64,000 bases of DNA from a virus. Positions within the stretch are counted from its first letter, which is position 1. Each line of letters starts with the position of its first letter. The notes below the pieces were generated by a model that saw only the letters and a list, made by a program, of their open reading frames with translations, had not been told where the DNA came from and made no database searches. The stretch covers positions 14,811 to 78,810 of IMG/VR virus record IMGVR_UViG_3300037493_003528; one strand, written 5' to 3'. Made by a program: the position numbers and the translations under genes. This document shows, piece after piece, positions 1 through 9,298 of this stretch.

Positions 1-7
1 TAGGGAA

Positions 8-589
8 TTGGGAATGAGAAATGGTACAGGTTTGGGTGGGGGAGAGGATGATACAATATCAATTGGTGTAAGTGAGGAAGTTATCAAGAATGTCGAGCGT
101 AGCATACACGAAGCACATGCTGTTGTGACAGGTAAGATTAAGTTTGCAGATTTGCTTCATGCTATGAAAGTTGGTGCTGGAGCAAATGGTGTACCATTCG
201 GACTAACAACTGAGCCTGCTTGGTATCAAAATATTTTGGATATGGAAAATGGAATTGTTCCTGAAGACAAACCAGGACAATTGATAGAAAAGATATGGGA
301 TTTCTATCATCTTGATTTTGTTGGATATAGGCAAGGAGCTGGTGGTTACGAGAATCCTGTGTTTTTTGGAACAGATTATAAAGCGTTAGCAAAGTTGGAT
401 CCAACAGAGTTCAAGGTTATAAAGTTATCTCCAGCTAATCCAAATGCTAAAGGTAGTAGGATGAACTCGATGACAGAATGGCGATTGATTGGTGGTGACA
501 CTGTAAAAATGGATGAAGTTATTGATTACTACGGACCTGAAGATTATGATGAGATTTTAGGTTATTATCAGAAAGGAGTGCCTAGATGA
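8..589 (+). CDS. hypothetical protein; true 5' end uncertain at window edge
   Basis: 193-aa ORF, stop overlaps next ATG (ATGA at 586-589); no motif recognised. Confidence 0.6.
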   Translation: MGMRNGTGLGGGEDDTISIGVSEEVIKNVERSIHEAHAVVTGKIKFADLLHAMKVGAGANGVPFGLTTEPAWYQNILDMENGIVPEDKPGQLIEKIWDFYHLDFVGYRQGAGGYENPVFFGTDYKALAKLDPTEFKVIKLSPANPNAKGSRMNSMTEWRLIGGDTVKMDEVIDYYGPEDYDEILGYYQKGVPR

Positions 590-1005
590 CTGAAGAAAAT
601 GTAGCATTAACTGGCGTGCCGTTGAGTATTGATGCATCTGTCATAAGTTCAGGTGGTATTCAGGAAAGAGTTTTCGTTAATAGGATGCAGATTTTAGCAT
701 TCTTTTCTCGTACGCAAGTTCGGGAAAGTGGTTTGATTGTTGATAGATTGGAAGGGATAGCCATCAGAACTCACATACCTACTAAGTGGGTAGGTAACGG
801 TGGTGATATGTCTTTTCGCAATTTTATCATAAATTACATGTTCGATTTCAATAAGGAAAAGTTTGATGAAAATAATGAAAAACATTGGGATTTTATATTA
901 AAGATATTCCAACCTGGATTTACACGTTTCTGGATACAGGTATTTTCAGAGAAAGAATTTTCAGTGCTTATGGAACTAAATCCAGATTGGGATCTTAAGG
1001 AATGA
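586..1005 (+). CDS. hypothetical protein (possible partner/immunity of upstream gene)
   Basis: AAAGGAG RBS; ATGA-coupled on both sides; lacks the shared leader. Confidence 0.6.
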   Translation: MTEENVALTGVPLSIDASVISSGGIQERVFVNRMQILAFFSRTQVRESGLIVDRLEGIAIRTHIPTKWVGNGGDMSFRNFIINYMFDFNKEKFDENNEKHWDFILKIFQPGFTRFWIQVFSEKEFSVLMELNPDWDLKE

Positions 1006-1793
1006 AACAACCAATTGTCATAGTTTATAAAGGTGGTAAAGGTAGTGGATTCAAGAACCATCTTAGTAAACCAGGACACTATGGTGGCTCATTACCACGT
1101 GGTGAGATGCAAGAACAGAAATCTGAACGGTTTATTGTTCCAAAAGAGGCGTGGTATATTGATGAAAGTAGACCAAATTGTAAAAGAGTTTATGTTCAGG
1201 CATGGGTTGATTCGTTGTCAGAAAGAGGTTGGGATGTTCGTGATATCATAGAAAAATCGTTACATGCTGGTGTATTACCACAAGCTTATTCAAGGGAATA
1301 TGTCCCTGATTGGGGTGAAGTGACTGAAAAGGAATACACTGTTTGGAGAGCTGGTAAGTTGGATAAGAAGGATGAAGGTATATATTTTGGTCCAGATATG
1401 GAAGAGATAAGAATGTATTCAACAAATAATGGTGCTGATATAAAAAGTTACACAATAAAATTACATAATCCAAAAACATATCTTGATAAGAATGAAGCCA
1501 TGTTGGATTTGTTTCCGAATTGTGTATCTGAGGCAAAGATAGAAAAGAAGCGTCGAGAGTATGGTTATGATTGGAATGCAACTGTTAAGTTGATGCCACA
1601 TTTGTGGGAAATTCAAGATGCAGGTTATCGTGGTGCAGATGTTGTTAAAGTTAATAGGCAATTGGATGCTCGTATTGCTAAAGCACTAAATAAGCGTGGT
1701 TATGATTCAATGGTTTTACTTAAACCTGAACCGCCATGTTCACGAGAAATAATGTTGATTGATCCAATAAAGAATTTGGTGCAAAATGATTGA
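1002..1793 (+). CDS. leader-tagged ADP-ribosyltransferase-like protein (ART-PolyVal-like)
   Basis: Variant leader KGGKGSGFKNHLSKPGHYGGSLPR; C-terminal VWRAG..GIYF..IKLHNP..GYDSMV..EIMLIDP pattern. Confidence 0.6.
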   Translation: MKQPIVIVYKGGKGSGFKNHLSKPGHYGGSLPRGEMQEQKSERFIVPKEAWYIDESRPNCKRVYVQAWVDSLSERGWDVRDIIEKSLHAGVLPQAYSREYVPDWGEVTEKEYTVWRAGKLDKKDEGIYFGPDMEEIRMYSTNNGADIKSYTIKLHNPKTYLDKNEAMLDLFPNCVSEAKIEKKRREYGYDWNATVKLMPHLWEIQDAGYRGADVVKVNRQLDARIAKALNKRGYDSMVLLKPEPPCSREIMLIDPIKNLVQND

Positions 1794-2805
1794 TGTTATT
1801 GATAACATAAAAAGCATGTTGGTAAATCCAGATAATGCTGAATTTATTGAGCGTATATTATTATCAGGAATGAAATTTAATGGTAATAAACCTATCACTA
1901 TTACCATGAAATCTTTTAAGGGTCATAAAGGAATTCCTGGTCATCAAGGCGGTTCATTAGCTAGAAACGAAACTTGGCAATCAGGTAAGACTGAAGCGCA
2001 AAAGATAAAAATATTAACCAATGGAAAATTAACTCCTGATTCTAATGTTAGATACATTAAGGGAATCACAAAAAGCATGATTTGTAATGTGGCTGGTAAT
2101 GGACGAGTTATTATCAAAGGTGATGATGTTTTGTCCAGTGTTCTTAATCCAATTGCGATGGTTGCCAATGAAAAGTTGGCATATGATGTTTCTGTGGCTA
2201 TGGGATTTGATAGATTGGTTCCAACAACAGTTGTCAGAATGTTGGATGAGGATATCGTGGAAGATATTAGTCAAAGTACAGGTACTCATCGTAATCCAGT
2301 TGTGTATAGGAAGGGTAACGTTGTTTCTATGCAGGAATGGATAGAAAATTCAATTGCACCATATGAGATTTACCATCAACAATATTCAGGTACATTACCA
2401 ATTCCTGGTGCGTATGCAGAAGGTGAGTTTATCAAGATGGGTGTATTGGATTCTATAATAGGTAATGGTGATAGACATTCTAATAATTCTGTATTTTTGG
2501 TTGATCAAAAGACTGGTGAGATAACAAATGTTTATGCCATAGATCATAACTTGATAAGAGGTTTGTATAATAATACTATTGATGCTGTTAGAAGAGCAAA
2601 GCAAAGTTATTCAGAATCAAGTGGTAAATTTAATTTTGATTTTGTTATACCAAATTCTATGTGTGATACATTAAGAGAAAAGTGCAGCACTGATGGTGAA
2701 ATATATAATTTATTCAAATCTGATGGTGATACAAGATATATGATGGATAGGGTTGATGATTTGTTGCGAATATATGGTGATGGGAAATTTCTCGATAGAA
2801 TCTGA
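1786..2805 (+). CDS. leader-tagged PI3/4-kinase-like / HipA-like protein kinase
   Basis: KSFKGHKGIPGHQGGSLAR at aa ~42-60; NEKLAY..VPTT..SMQEW..DSIIGNGDRHSNN..AIDHNL kinase motifs. Confidence 0.7.
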   Translation: MIDVIDNIKSMLVNPDNAEFIERILLSGMKFNGNKPITITMKSFKGHKGIPGHQGGSLARNETWQSGKTEAQKIKILTNGKLTPDSNVRYIKGITKSMICNVAGNGRVIIKGDDVLSSVLNPIAMVANEKLAYDVSVAMGFDRLVPTTVVRMLDEDIVEDISQSTGTHRNPVVYRKGNVVSMQEWIENSIAPYEIYHQQYSGTLPIPGAYAEGEFIKMGVLDSIIGNGDRHSNNSVFLVDQKTGEITNVYAIDHNLIRGLYNNTIDAVRRAKQSYSESSGKFNFDFVIPNSMCDTLREKCSTDGEIYNLFKSDGDTRYMMDRVDDLLRIYGDGKFLDRI

Positions 2806-2818
2806 ACGAATTATTCGT
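2806..2818. promoter_or_regulatory. palindromic operator-like site ACGAATTATTCGT
   Basis: Perfect inverted repeat, intergenic; recurs at 4613 and 56806. Confidence 0.55.
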
Positions 2819-2833
2819 TGTTTTGTTATGCGA

Positions 2834-2844
2834 CAAGTTTAGTA
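2834..2844 (+). promoter_or_regulatory. phage promoter-like motif CAAGTTTAGTA
   Basis: One of 10 same-orientation copies, all just upstream of gene starts. Confidence 0.65.
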
Positions 2845-2859
2845 TGTTAGGAATATAAT

Positions 2860-3441
2860 ATGAATAAGTTGATACTGAGAAGGAAATATTTTAGAGGGCA
2901 CAAGGGTCGTCCAGGATTTGAAGGTGGCTCAGTGCCACGCAGTGCTGGTAAGGTCATACCAGATTTTAAGGTTACTGGTAGAGATGAAAATGGTATGAGT
3001 GCTGGTGATAGACACAGATTTGAATTGACGAAATACTTGCGTCAGGTGAAGAAGGTTGGATCCCGCAGTAGTACCGAATCAGTTGTTTGTGATTATGGTC
3101 ATTTCTCTTTTCCTAAAGGTGAACTACCAGCTAAATATAAACTTGGTAAATCGAAAGAATGTTTTAGGAATGCTATGCGATTGGCAGAGCAGCACCCTGA
3201 ATTAACTTATGTAGAGGGATTCGCATTCCCTGATTTTATGGATATTCCTATACATCATGCGTGGTGTGTTGATAAGAATAATTTAGTGATAGATAATACG
3301 TGGCCTAAGATAGGAACAGTTTACAAGGGTATACGATTTGATATTGATTTTATCTACAAAGTTCAAATGGAAACTGAGACGTATGGTGTTATTGATTTTA
3401 GTAGTAAGTTTTTTCGTGATGCATATCCACCAAAGGTATAA
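2860..3441 (+). CDS. leader-tagged papain/transglutaminase-like (Cys-His-Asp) protein
   Basis: Leader KYFRGHKGRPGFEGGSVPR; CFRNA..YVEGFA..HHAWCVD..VIDNTW. Confidence 0.6.
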   Translation: MNKLILRRKYFRGHKGRPGFEGGSVPRSAGKVIPDFKVTGRDENGMSAGDRHRFELTKYLRQVKKVGSRSSTESVVCDYGHFSFPKGELPAKYKLGKSKECFRNAMRLAEQHPELTYVEGFAFPDFMDIPIHHAWCVDKNNLVIDNTWPKIGTVYKGIRFDIDFIYKVQMETETYGVIDFSSKFFRDAYPPKV

Positions 3442-3450
3442 TAAACCAGA

Positions 3451-3582
3451 ATGAAACTAATTGTAAAAACAAAATCGTTTCCTGGACATAAGGGTATTAT
3501 AGGTCATCAAGGCGGTTCGTTACCTAAGAATTTAGAAATGGAGGTAAGAAATGAAAATAACTTTAAGAACAAAATCTTTTAA
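3451..3582 (+). CDS. leader-only mini ORF (43 aa), not in ORF track
   Basis: MKLIVKTKSFPGHKGIIGHQGGSLPKNLEMEVRNENNFKNKIF*; overlaps start of next gene. Confidence 0.6.
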   Translation: MKLIVKTKSFPGHKGIIGHQGGSLPKNLEMEVRNENNFKNKIF

Positions 3583-3952
3583 GGGTCATAAAGGAATTCC
3601 TGGTCATCGGGGTGGATCGTTATCACGAGCGGATGCTGGTAGCACTGATAAATTATTAAGAGATGAACAGCATGAATTAGAGCGTAGTTTTGACTACTTG
3701 AGAACAAATACAAATAGTTGGGCAGTACGAGATAACATAAAAACATTATCAAACAAATATCTTGATACAAAACTTTATACTATCGATAAGAAGACTGCAC
3801 TAAAGAACGTTGCCAAATTACAGAAAATTATGAAGTTGGATATGATGGATAACGAGGATTTTGTAATTTTAGATATAGCATCAGAGTTTGATGGTAATGG
3901 TTATGGTGAGTATCCTGACTACATGAATGAAGGGGAAGAGGACAACAATTGA
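3551..3952 (+). CDS. leader-tagged hypothetical protein
   Basis: GGAGGT RBS; MKITLRTKSFKGHKGIPGHRGGSLSR. Confidence 0.75.
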   Translation: MKITLRTKSFKGHKGIPGHRGGSLSRADAGSTDKLLRDEQHELERSFDYLRTNTNSWAVRDNIKTLSNKYLDTKLYTIDKKTALKNVAKLQKIMKLDMMDNEDFVILDIASEFDGNGYGEYPDYMNEGEEDNN

Positions 3953-4512
3953 AACTAGTAATAAGAACTAAATCGTTTCCTGACCATAAAGGTATTCCTG
4001 GACATCAAGGAGGAAGTCTTCCAAAAATTCAAGGAATGCAAAGAAATCTTCCGTTCCCGGAGATAACTGTTGAGCAGGATCAAAATCATTTTACTGTTCC
4101 ATGTGAAGGGACAGAGGACATTGATTACAGCAATGCTCAGGATTGGATATGGCACGAGAATGGTTCAAGAATGGTACAGCCAAATTGGTTCCATGAAATA
4201 AAGAGACCGACACCTGCTGAAATGGAACAGATTAAGACAATCGTTAAAGCAGAGCAGGGAAGTTTGGATCAGGAGCATAATACCAATTCTGCATATGATT
4301 CCTATGAATATGTAAGACTTTGGAAGGGTAAGGATTACATAGCTCAGAGACGTATAGTGGTTAGCAAGGATTATCCAACCGACGTAATAGCGTGGACTGA
4401 TGGATTATTCTGCAGATGTCCTTATTGTAAGGGACCTACGCTCGAGCCTGATTGGGAGAAAGTGTATAATGCATGCGACAGTTGTGGTATTGAATACATT
4501 CTTAAGGAATGA
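3949..4512 (+). CDS. leader-tagged protein with C-terminal zinc ribbon
   Basis: TTG start; MKLVIRTKSFPDHKGIPGHQGGSLPK; CPYC..CDSC. Confidence 0.7.
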   Translation: MKLVIRTKSFPDHKGIPGHQGGSLPKIQGMQRNLPFPEITVEQDQNHFTVPCEGTEDIDYSNAQDWIWHENGSRMVQPNWFHEIKRPTPAEMEQIKTIVKAEQGSLDQEHNTNSAYDSYEYVRLWKGKDYIAQRRIVVSKDYPTDVIAWTDGLFCRCPYCKGPTLEPDWEKVYNACDSCGIEYILKE

Positions 4513-4612
4513 TTTATGAAATTAAGGGATTACGTAAAAGAGATAGGAAATTCGTTCCGAACCATAGTAGTAAGAAATGGTTATATTGAGGCAAGATTAT
4601 AATGGTGGAGCG

Positions 4613-4625
4613 ACGAATAATTCGT
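4613..4625. promoter_or_regulatory. palindromic operator-like site ACGAATAATTCGT
   Basis: Same palindrome as 2806/56806 in opposite orientation, upstream of terminase. Confidence 0.55.
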
Positions 4626-4670
4626 GAAAGCCGTGGAAATGGTAAGATACTCTAAATGGAGTAACGAATA

Positions 4671-6197
4671 ATGCTACAAACAACAGAAATTAGCAGCATA
4701 GGAGAATTGGTAAAAAGCATATCTATACAGGTAAGTGGAACTAGTCAGTTTAGTAAGTTCCAAAGAATGTATAAGAATGATCGAATAGCATTCGTGCATG
4801 ATATTATGCCTAGATTAGGAAAAAGCATAACACCTTATCAGGAGGAGATATTAGGTTACTTTGATGAGGGAGAAAAGAGAGTAGCTGTAAGAGGACCACA
4901 CGGTTTGGGAAAGACTTTCTTAGCGAGTATTATCGTGCATCATGGTTTACTTACCAGTGAGGAGGATTGCAAGATTCCCTGTACAGCTAGTGCATTTAGG
5001 CAGTTGGAAAAGTATTTGTTTCCTGAGATCAAAAAGAGCTCAACGTTTATAGCGTGGCCTGCTGTAGGAAGGCAACCTTATACGAGTTCTGGTGGAGGAA
5101 ATTGTGAAATGCATCAAATGTCCATCAAGCTATCTGATGGCATGGTAGAAGCGTTTGCTGTAGCAAGCGATAACTATGCGTATATCGAGGGTGCTCATGC
5201 ACGACGACTAATATATGTGTTTGATGAGGCAAAGACTATTCCAGATGGCATGTGGGATGCTGCTGAAGGAGCATTCTCCACAGAAGGCATAGCATCAGAC
5301 AACAAAGAAGACTACGCAAATGATAGTGAATGCTATGCATTTGCTATCAGCACTCCTGGTGCTCCATCAGGACGATTCTATGATATACATATGCATAAGG
5401 AAGGCTATGAGGACTGGAGAGTAAGGCACGTTACTCTCGATGAAGCTATTAATGCTGGTCGCATAGGAAAAGACTGGGCAGAGCGTAGACTTAAGCAGTG
5501 GGGAGAAACGTCTAGTACGTACCAGAACAGAGTCCTAGGAGAGTTTGCAGACATGTCAGAGGAAGGAGTTATACCTTTATCTCATATAAACATGGCAGTG
5601 GCTCGCTGGAAGGCTTGGGACGTGTCTGGACGACCTGTTTTAAAGGGTAGGAGAAGTATAGGAGTAGACGTGGCTAGGATGGGTGAAGACAACACCGTAC
5701 TGGCGTGCAGGGAGGCATCCACCGTCACAAACGTCCATACTTTTACAAAACTTCCGACCACGGCAGTTGCAGGACATGTCAAGCATTATTCGTCAGGTAG
5801 AATTATTAATATAGAAATGGATGGTGGACTTGGTGCAGCTGTATATGATATGCTCCACGAAGAAGGTGTGCCAATGCTTAAACCTATAATAGTAAATGGC
5901 AAGACGCTTAAGCGAGATAAGTCTGGAGAGTTAAAGTTTGCTAACGTGCGTGCTGCTATGTGGTGGAATATGCGTGAACTACTGGATCCAGTAAATGGAG
6001 AAGGTGTTATGCTTCCACCTATTATTAAGTTGATTGGAGACCTGTCCGCACCGAAGTGGGAGATAAAGAAAGATGCTACTGTGTTCTTGGAGGATAAGAA
6101 ATCCATACATGAGAGAATTGGTAGATCTACGGATTATGGAGATGCTGTGTGTCTGGCATTTTGGGAAAGCGGTGGCGGTGGAGGTGTGGTATTTTAG
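4671..6197 (+). CDS. terL: terminase large subunit
   Basis: Walker A VAVRGPHGLGKT, Walker B YVFDEAK, ISTPG, RNase H-like IGVDVARMGED and RSTDYGDA. Confidence 0.92.
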   Translation: MLQTTEISSIGELVKSISIQVSGTSQFSKFQRMYKNDRIAFVHDIMPRLGKSITPYQEEILGYFDEGEKRVAVRGPHGLGKTFLASIIVHHGLLTSEEDCKIPCTASAFRQLEKYLFPEIKKSSTFIAWPAVGRQPYTSSGGGNCEMHQMSIKLSDGMVEAFAVASDNYAYIEGAHARRLIYVFDEAKTIPDGMWDAAEGAFSTEGIASDNKEDYANDSECYAFAISTPGAPSGRFYDIHMHKEGYEDWRVRHVTLDEAINAGRIGKDWAERRLKQWGETSSTYQNRVLGEFADMSEEGVIPLSHINMAVARWKAWDVSGRPVLKGRRSIGVDVARMGEDNTVLACREASTVTNVHTFTKLPTTAVAGHVKHYSSGRIINIEMDGGLGAAVYDMLHEEGVPMLKPIIVNGKTLKRDKSGELKFANVRAAMWWNMRELLDPVNGEGVMLPPIIKLIGDLSAPKWEIKKDATVFLEDKKSIHERIGRSTDYGDAVCLAFWESGGGGGVVF

Positions 6198-6227
6198 AGC
6201 GTAAAGGAACTTTAGATAAGGTGACTT

Positions 6228-6671
6228 ATGAAGCTAATATTCAAATCGTTTCCTAATCCTGGACATGAAGGAATCCCTGGACATCAAGGTGGGAGCCTTC
6301 CACGTGGTGAATCATCAAATAAGAAGACATTTAGGCACGGAACAAGTATTGAAAGTGCCGATAAAATTAGAACTGAGGGAATACGTAGAAATAGTGCTAG
6401 TATAGGTGACAGAGCATCTTCAGTTTATTTTATGCAGGACAAAAGTGCTATTCGTGATTACGTCACAGACAAATACAACGAAAGTGATGAAGGATTTGCG
6501 ATTGTTGAATTTGATGTACCAGAGGAATTTACTGACTCCATTTTGGAGGATGAAGAAGAAGGTGACTCCTTCAGAATGGAGAAGGATGTTCCTACAGAAT
6601 GGATAAGAAATATTGAATACTATGATGCAAAAGGAAAATTCTCGAAGAGAATTGACATCACGAAAGTTTAG
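6228..6671 (+). CDS. leader-tagged ADP-ribosyltransferase-fold protein (HGT class)
   Basis: MKLIFKSFPNPGHEGIPGHQGGSLPR; FRHGT..IRTEGI..SVYF..IVEFDVP..VPTEWI. Confidence 0.65.
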   Translation: MKLIFKSFPNPGHEGIPGHQGGSLPRGESSNKKTFRHGTSIESADKIRTEGIRRNSASIGDRASSVYFMQDKSAIRDYVTDKYNESDEGFAIVEFDVPEEFTDSILEDEEEGDSFRMEKDVPTEWIRNIEYYDAKGKFSKRIDITKV

Positions 6672-6673
6672 TA
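6663..6673 (+). promoter_or_regulatory. promoter-like motif variant AAAGTTTAGTA
   Basis: Overlaps the TAG stop of 6228..6671. Confidence 0.5.
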
Positions 6674-6690
6674 TTGGTGAGGGTATATTT

Positions 6691-6774
6691 ATGTGGATAG
6701 ATGTTATGTTCGAGATCGCGATTGTTATTCTGGCATTCCTGGGAATCGTGATCATAAACAAGAGGAAGAAATGA
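6691..6774 (+). CDS. 27-aa single-pass membrane peptide, not in ORF track
   Basis: MWIDVMFEIAIVILAFLGIVIINKRKK*; GAGG upstream; ATGA overlap with next gene. Confidence 0.55.
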   Translation: MWIDVMFEIAIVILAFLGIVIINKRKK

Positions 6775-7631
6775 GAATAGTGTTCAAGTCGTTTCCTGAC
6801 CATAAAGGTATTCCTGGACATCAGGGAGGGTCAGTAGCACGTGGTGAAGATTCTAGTATTAATACTGTTTTTAGTAAATTTTCTTATGCTGATTATACAA
6901 AATCCAGTGATAAATCGTCTTTTATTAAGAATAACGTTAATAAAATATTTTCTGTCCTAGGAATAAAATCGAATGTTGAGATTGTCGATGACAAAAAGTT
7001 CAGTGAGATATTTCACGATATTAAGGTATCTGCTGGCGCCACAATATTAGATGTTCATGCAGGATATCATGCTAAAAATAACATTGTGTATTTGAGACAG
7101 AGCAGGTTGGATGCTGTTAAAAGTAAGAGTGATTACAGATTATACAAAAATGTTATCTATCATGAAATAGGACATGCTTATCATGCTGATATTCTGGGAA
7201 TAAAAGTGCAGGATAAGGGTGAATATGGCTCAGGGTGGTGTGAGGACTTTGCAGATGATTTTGGAAATTGGATAGGATATTCAGAACGGTTGCATAATGT
7301 TTATACTGGAATATCCGTACCTATTAATTCTAGGGAACTTGCTAAAGCCACTGATTACAATTTACAGAGTTCTTTTGATGAGATGTTAAAGAGACACGAG
7401 AGAACAAAACAATTTGTTGGCAGATTTCCTTGTGCCAGGAGGTGTAAAATGAAGAAGATACTAAGAAAGACAACAGATAAAACAACAGTGACAGAATTTG
7501 TGCCAGAAAATGAGAAAGACGTAAAGTTATTATCAGAGTTGGTTATAACTGGTAAAATACCTATAGACGTGGCTCACAAAAGAAAATACAAAAATGTTGT
7601 GAAGTGGAATAAAAATGAAATTAATATTTAA
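6771..7631 (+). CDS. leader-tagged zincin metallopeptidase-like protein (start revised to 6771)
   Basis: MRIVFKSFPDHKGIPGHQGGSVAR; YHEIGHAYH..CEDFA (HExxH..E). Confidence 0.7.
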   Translation: MRIVFKSFPDHKGIPGHQGGSVARGEDSSINTVFSKFSYADYTKSSDKSSFIKNNVNKIFSVLGIKSNVEIVDDKKFSEIFHDIKVSAGATILDVHAGYHAKNNIVYLRQSRLDAVKSKSDYRLYKNVIYHEIGHAYHADILGIKVQDKGEYGSGWCEDFADDFGNWIGYSERLHNVYTGISVPINSRELAKATDYNLQSSFDEMLKRHERTKQFVGRFPCARRCKMKKILRKTTDKTTVTEFVPENEKDVKLLSELVITGKIPIDVAHKRKYKNVVKWNKNEINI

Positions 7632-8343
7632 GACTTTCCCTAATCCTGGACATGAAGGAATCCCTGGACATCAGGGAGGTTCCCTCCCTCGAGGTGAATC
7701 TGCACCAAAACAAGGTAATGATGATGATGCTAAAATAAAAGCAAGTATGTCAAAGTTAGTAACTGTAGATCTTGCAACCATGGAAACTGATCCCCCAAAG
7801 AAATATTGGATTACTCCACAAAGGGAAATAGTATCAGACACTGTAACAGTTGATCAGTCTCATGCCTTAATGCTTGCTAGACTTATATATAGTAATCCAG
7901 AATTGGCAAAAGAAAATGGTTTAGATATAAATATTGATGACATCAAGAAAATGTTGGTGAATGATACATATGAGGATACTATATTAGAGGATAAGGCTTA
8001 TCATAATAGATACATGAAGGTGGAATTGAGAACAATTTCATTAAAGCACCCTGAAAAAGCTAACACCATTAGTATATTTACTGGAGAACTTAATAGTCCT
8101 GCATTAAAGAAAATTCAGGATAGGATGGATAAAGGTATGTTGCCAGCTACATATAAAACACCTGCAGGTAAGAAAGAATATTATAATATAGTATTGAGTG
8201 GTTTTTCTGGTGATAAAGTTGTGACGATTAAGACTAATTATAGTGAGCTTATGACATCCACTGGATTCTTTATACCAGAAGGTGATAATGCATATGAGGC
8301 AGGAACACTAAAACATATGAGGAAGGCTAGGTTGATAAAATGA
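7615..8343 (+). CDS. leader-tagged hypothetical protein
   Basis: MKLIFKTFPNPGHEGIPGHQGGSLPR. Confidence 0.75.
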   Translation: MKLIFKTFPNPGHEGIPGHQGGSLPRGESAPKQGNDDDAKIKASMSKLVTVDLATMETDPPKKYWITPQREIVSDTVTVDQSHALMLARLIYSNPELAKENGLDINIDDIKKMLVNDTYEDTILEDKAYHNRYMKVELRTISLKHPEKANTISIFTGELNSPALKKIQDRMDKGMLPATYKTPAGKKEYYNIVLSGFSGDKVVTIKTNYSELMTSTGFFIPEGDNAYEAGTLKHMRKARLIK

Positions 8344-9296
8344 GACTAATTTTCAGAACAAAATCGTTTCCAGATCCAGGTCATAGAGGTATTCCAGGTC
8401 ATAGAGGTGGCTCATTACCACGTAACGAATCTGCATCAGCACCTAAAGAAACACCTAAGGATAAAAAGAAAGTTGAAGAGCCTGCATACACTACTGTTAG
8501 GACACCAGAATTATCTAAACAGTATAATGACATATTTAAGGGTAGTAAGGTGAATCCTGAAGGTATTGATACAATGGCTGTATACAAAAATCCTGATGGA
8601 ACATGGACTAAGGAAAGACAAGCGTTGCATGACAAAATAATTGATAGCTTTTTTGCTGGTAATACACCTATATTTCGTGCTGGAGAAACACCAGTTTCGT
8701 ATATTCTAGGTGGTGGTCCTGCATCTGGTAAGTCTACACTCGTAAAATCAGGTTTAGTGGATTTACCAAAAAATATGGTTTTTGCTGCTGCAGATGATAT
8801 TAAACTTATGCTACCAGAATTTCAATTGTCTATGAAGATTAAGGATGTTGACGGTGCTATTTATGTACATGAGGAATCGTCATATATATCTAAGGAAATA
8901 ATGAAAAGATCTGTAGCAGAAGGTTATAATATGCTTATGGATGGAACAGGTGATAATAATATTGAATCATTATCCAAAAAAGTTGTGGATATGAGAACAT
9001 CAGGTCAGCCAGTGATAGGTTTATACGTAACTTGTGATACTGACATAGCAATTTCTAGGAGTTTGTCTAGAGCCGAGAAAACAGGTCGTTATATACCTGA
9101 ATCTGTTTTACGTAGTAATCACAAATCGGTGTCCATGATTTTCGAGGACATAGTTAAAGCTGGAATTATGGATTCTATATCTTTATACGATACGTCTAGT
9201 GGTAAAGCTATTGTTATAGCAAGAGCAGTTAAAACAAAATTGGAAATTTTGGATGATAAAGCCTACAAGAGATTTCTTGCTAAGGCAAAGGAGTAA
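8340..9296 (+). CDS. leader-tagged zeta-toxin-like P-loop kinase
   Basis: MRLIFRTKSFPDPGHRGIPGHRGGSLPR; LGGGPASGKST, ADDIK, HEESS, MDGT, RAEKTGRYIP. Confidence 0.8.
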   Translation: MRLIFRTKSFPDPGHRGIPGHRGGSLPRNESASAPKETPKDKKKVEEPAYTTVRTPELSKQYNDIFKGSKVNPEGIDTMAVYKNPDGTWTKERQALHDKIIDSFFAGNTPIFRAGETPVSYILGGGPASGKSTLVKSGLVDLPKNMVFAAADDIKLMLPEFQLSMKIKDVDGAIYVHEESSYISKEIMKRSVAEGYNMLMDGTGDNNIESLSKKVVDMRTSGQPVIGLYVTCDTDIAISRSLSRAEKTGRYIPESVLRSNHKSVSMIFEDIVKAGIMDSISLYDTSSGKAIVIARAVKTKLEILDDKAYKRFLAKAKE

Positions 9297-9298
9297 AA

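Noticed and set aside
6693-6770. ORF-track N-terminal extension MDRCY..
   Set aside because: The leader and RBS place the start at 6771; this stretch encodes the 27-aa peptide in another frame.
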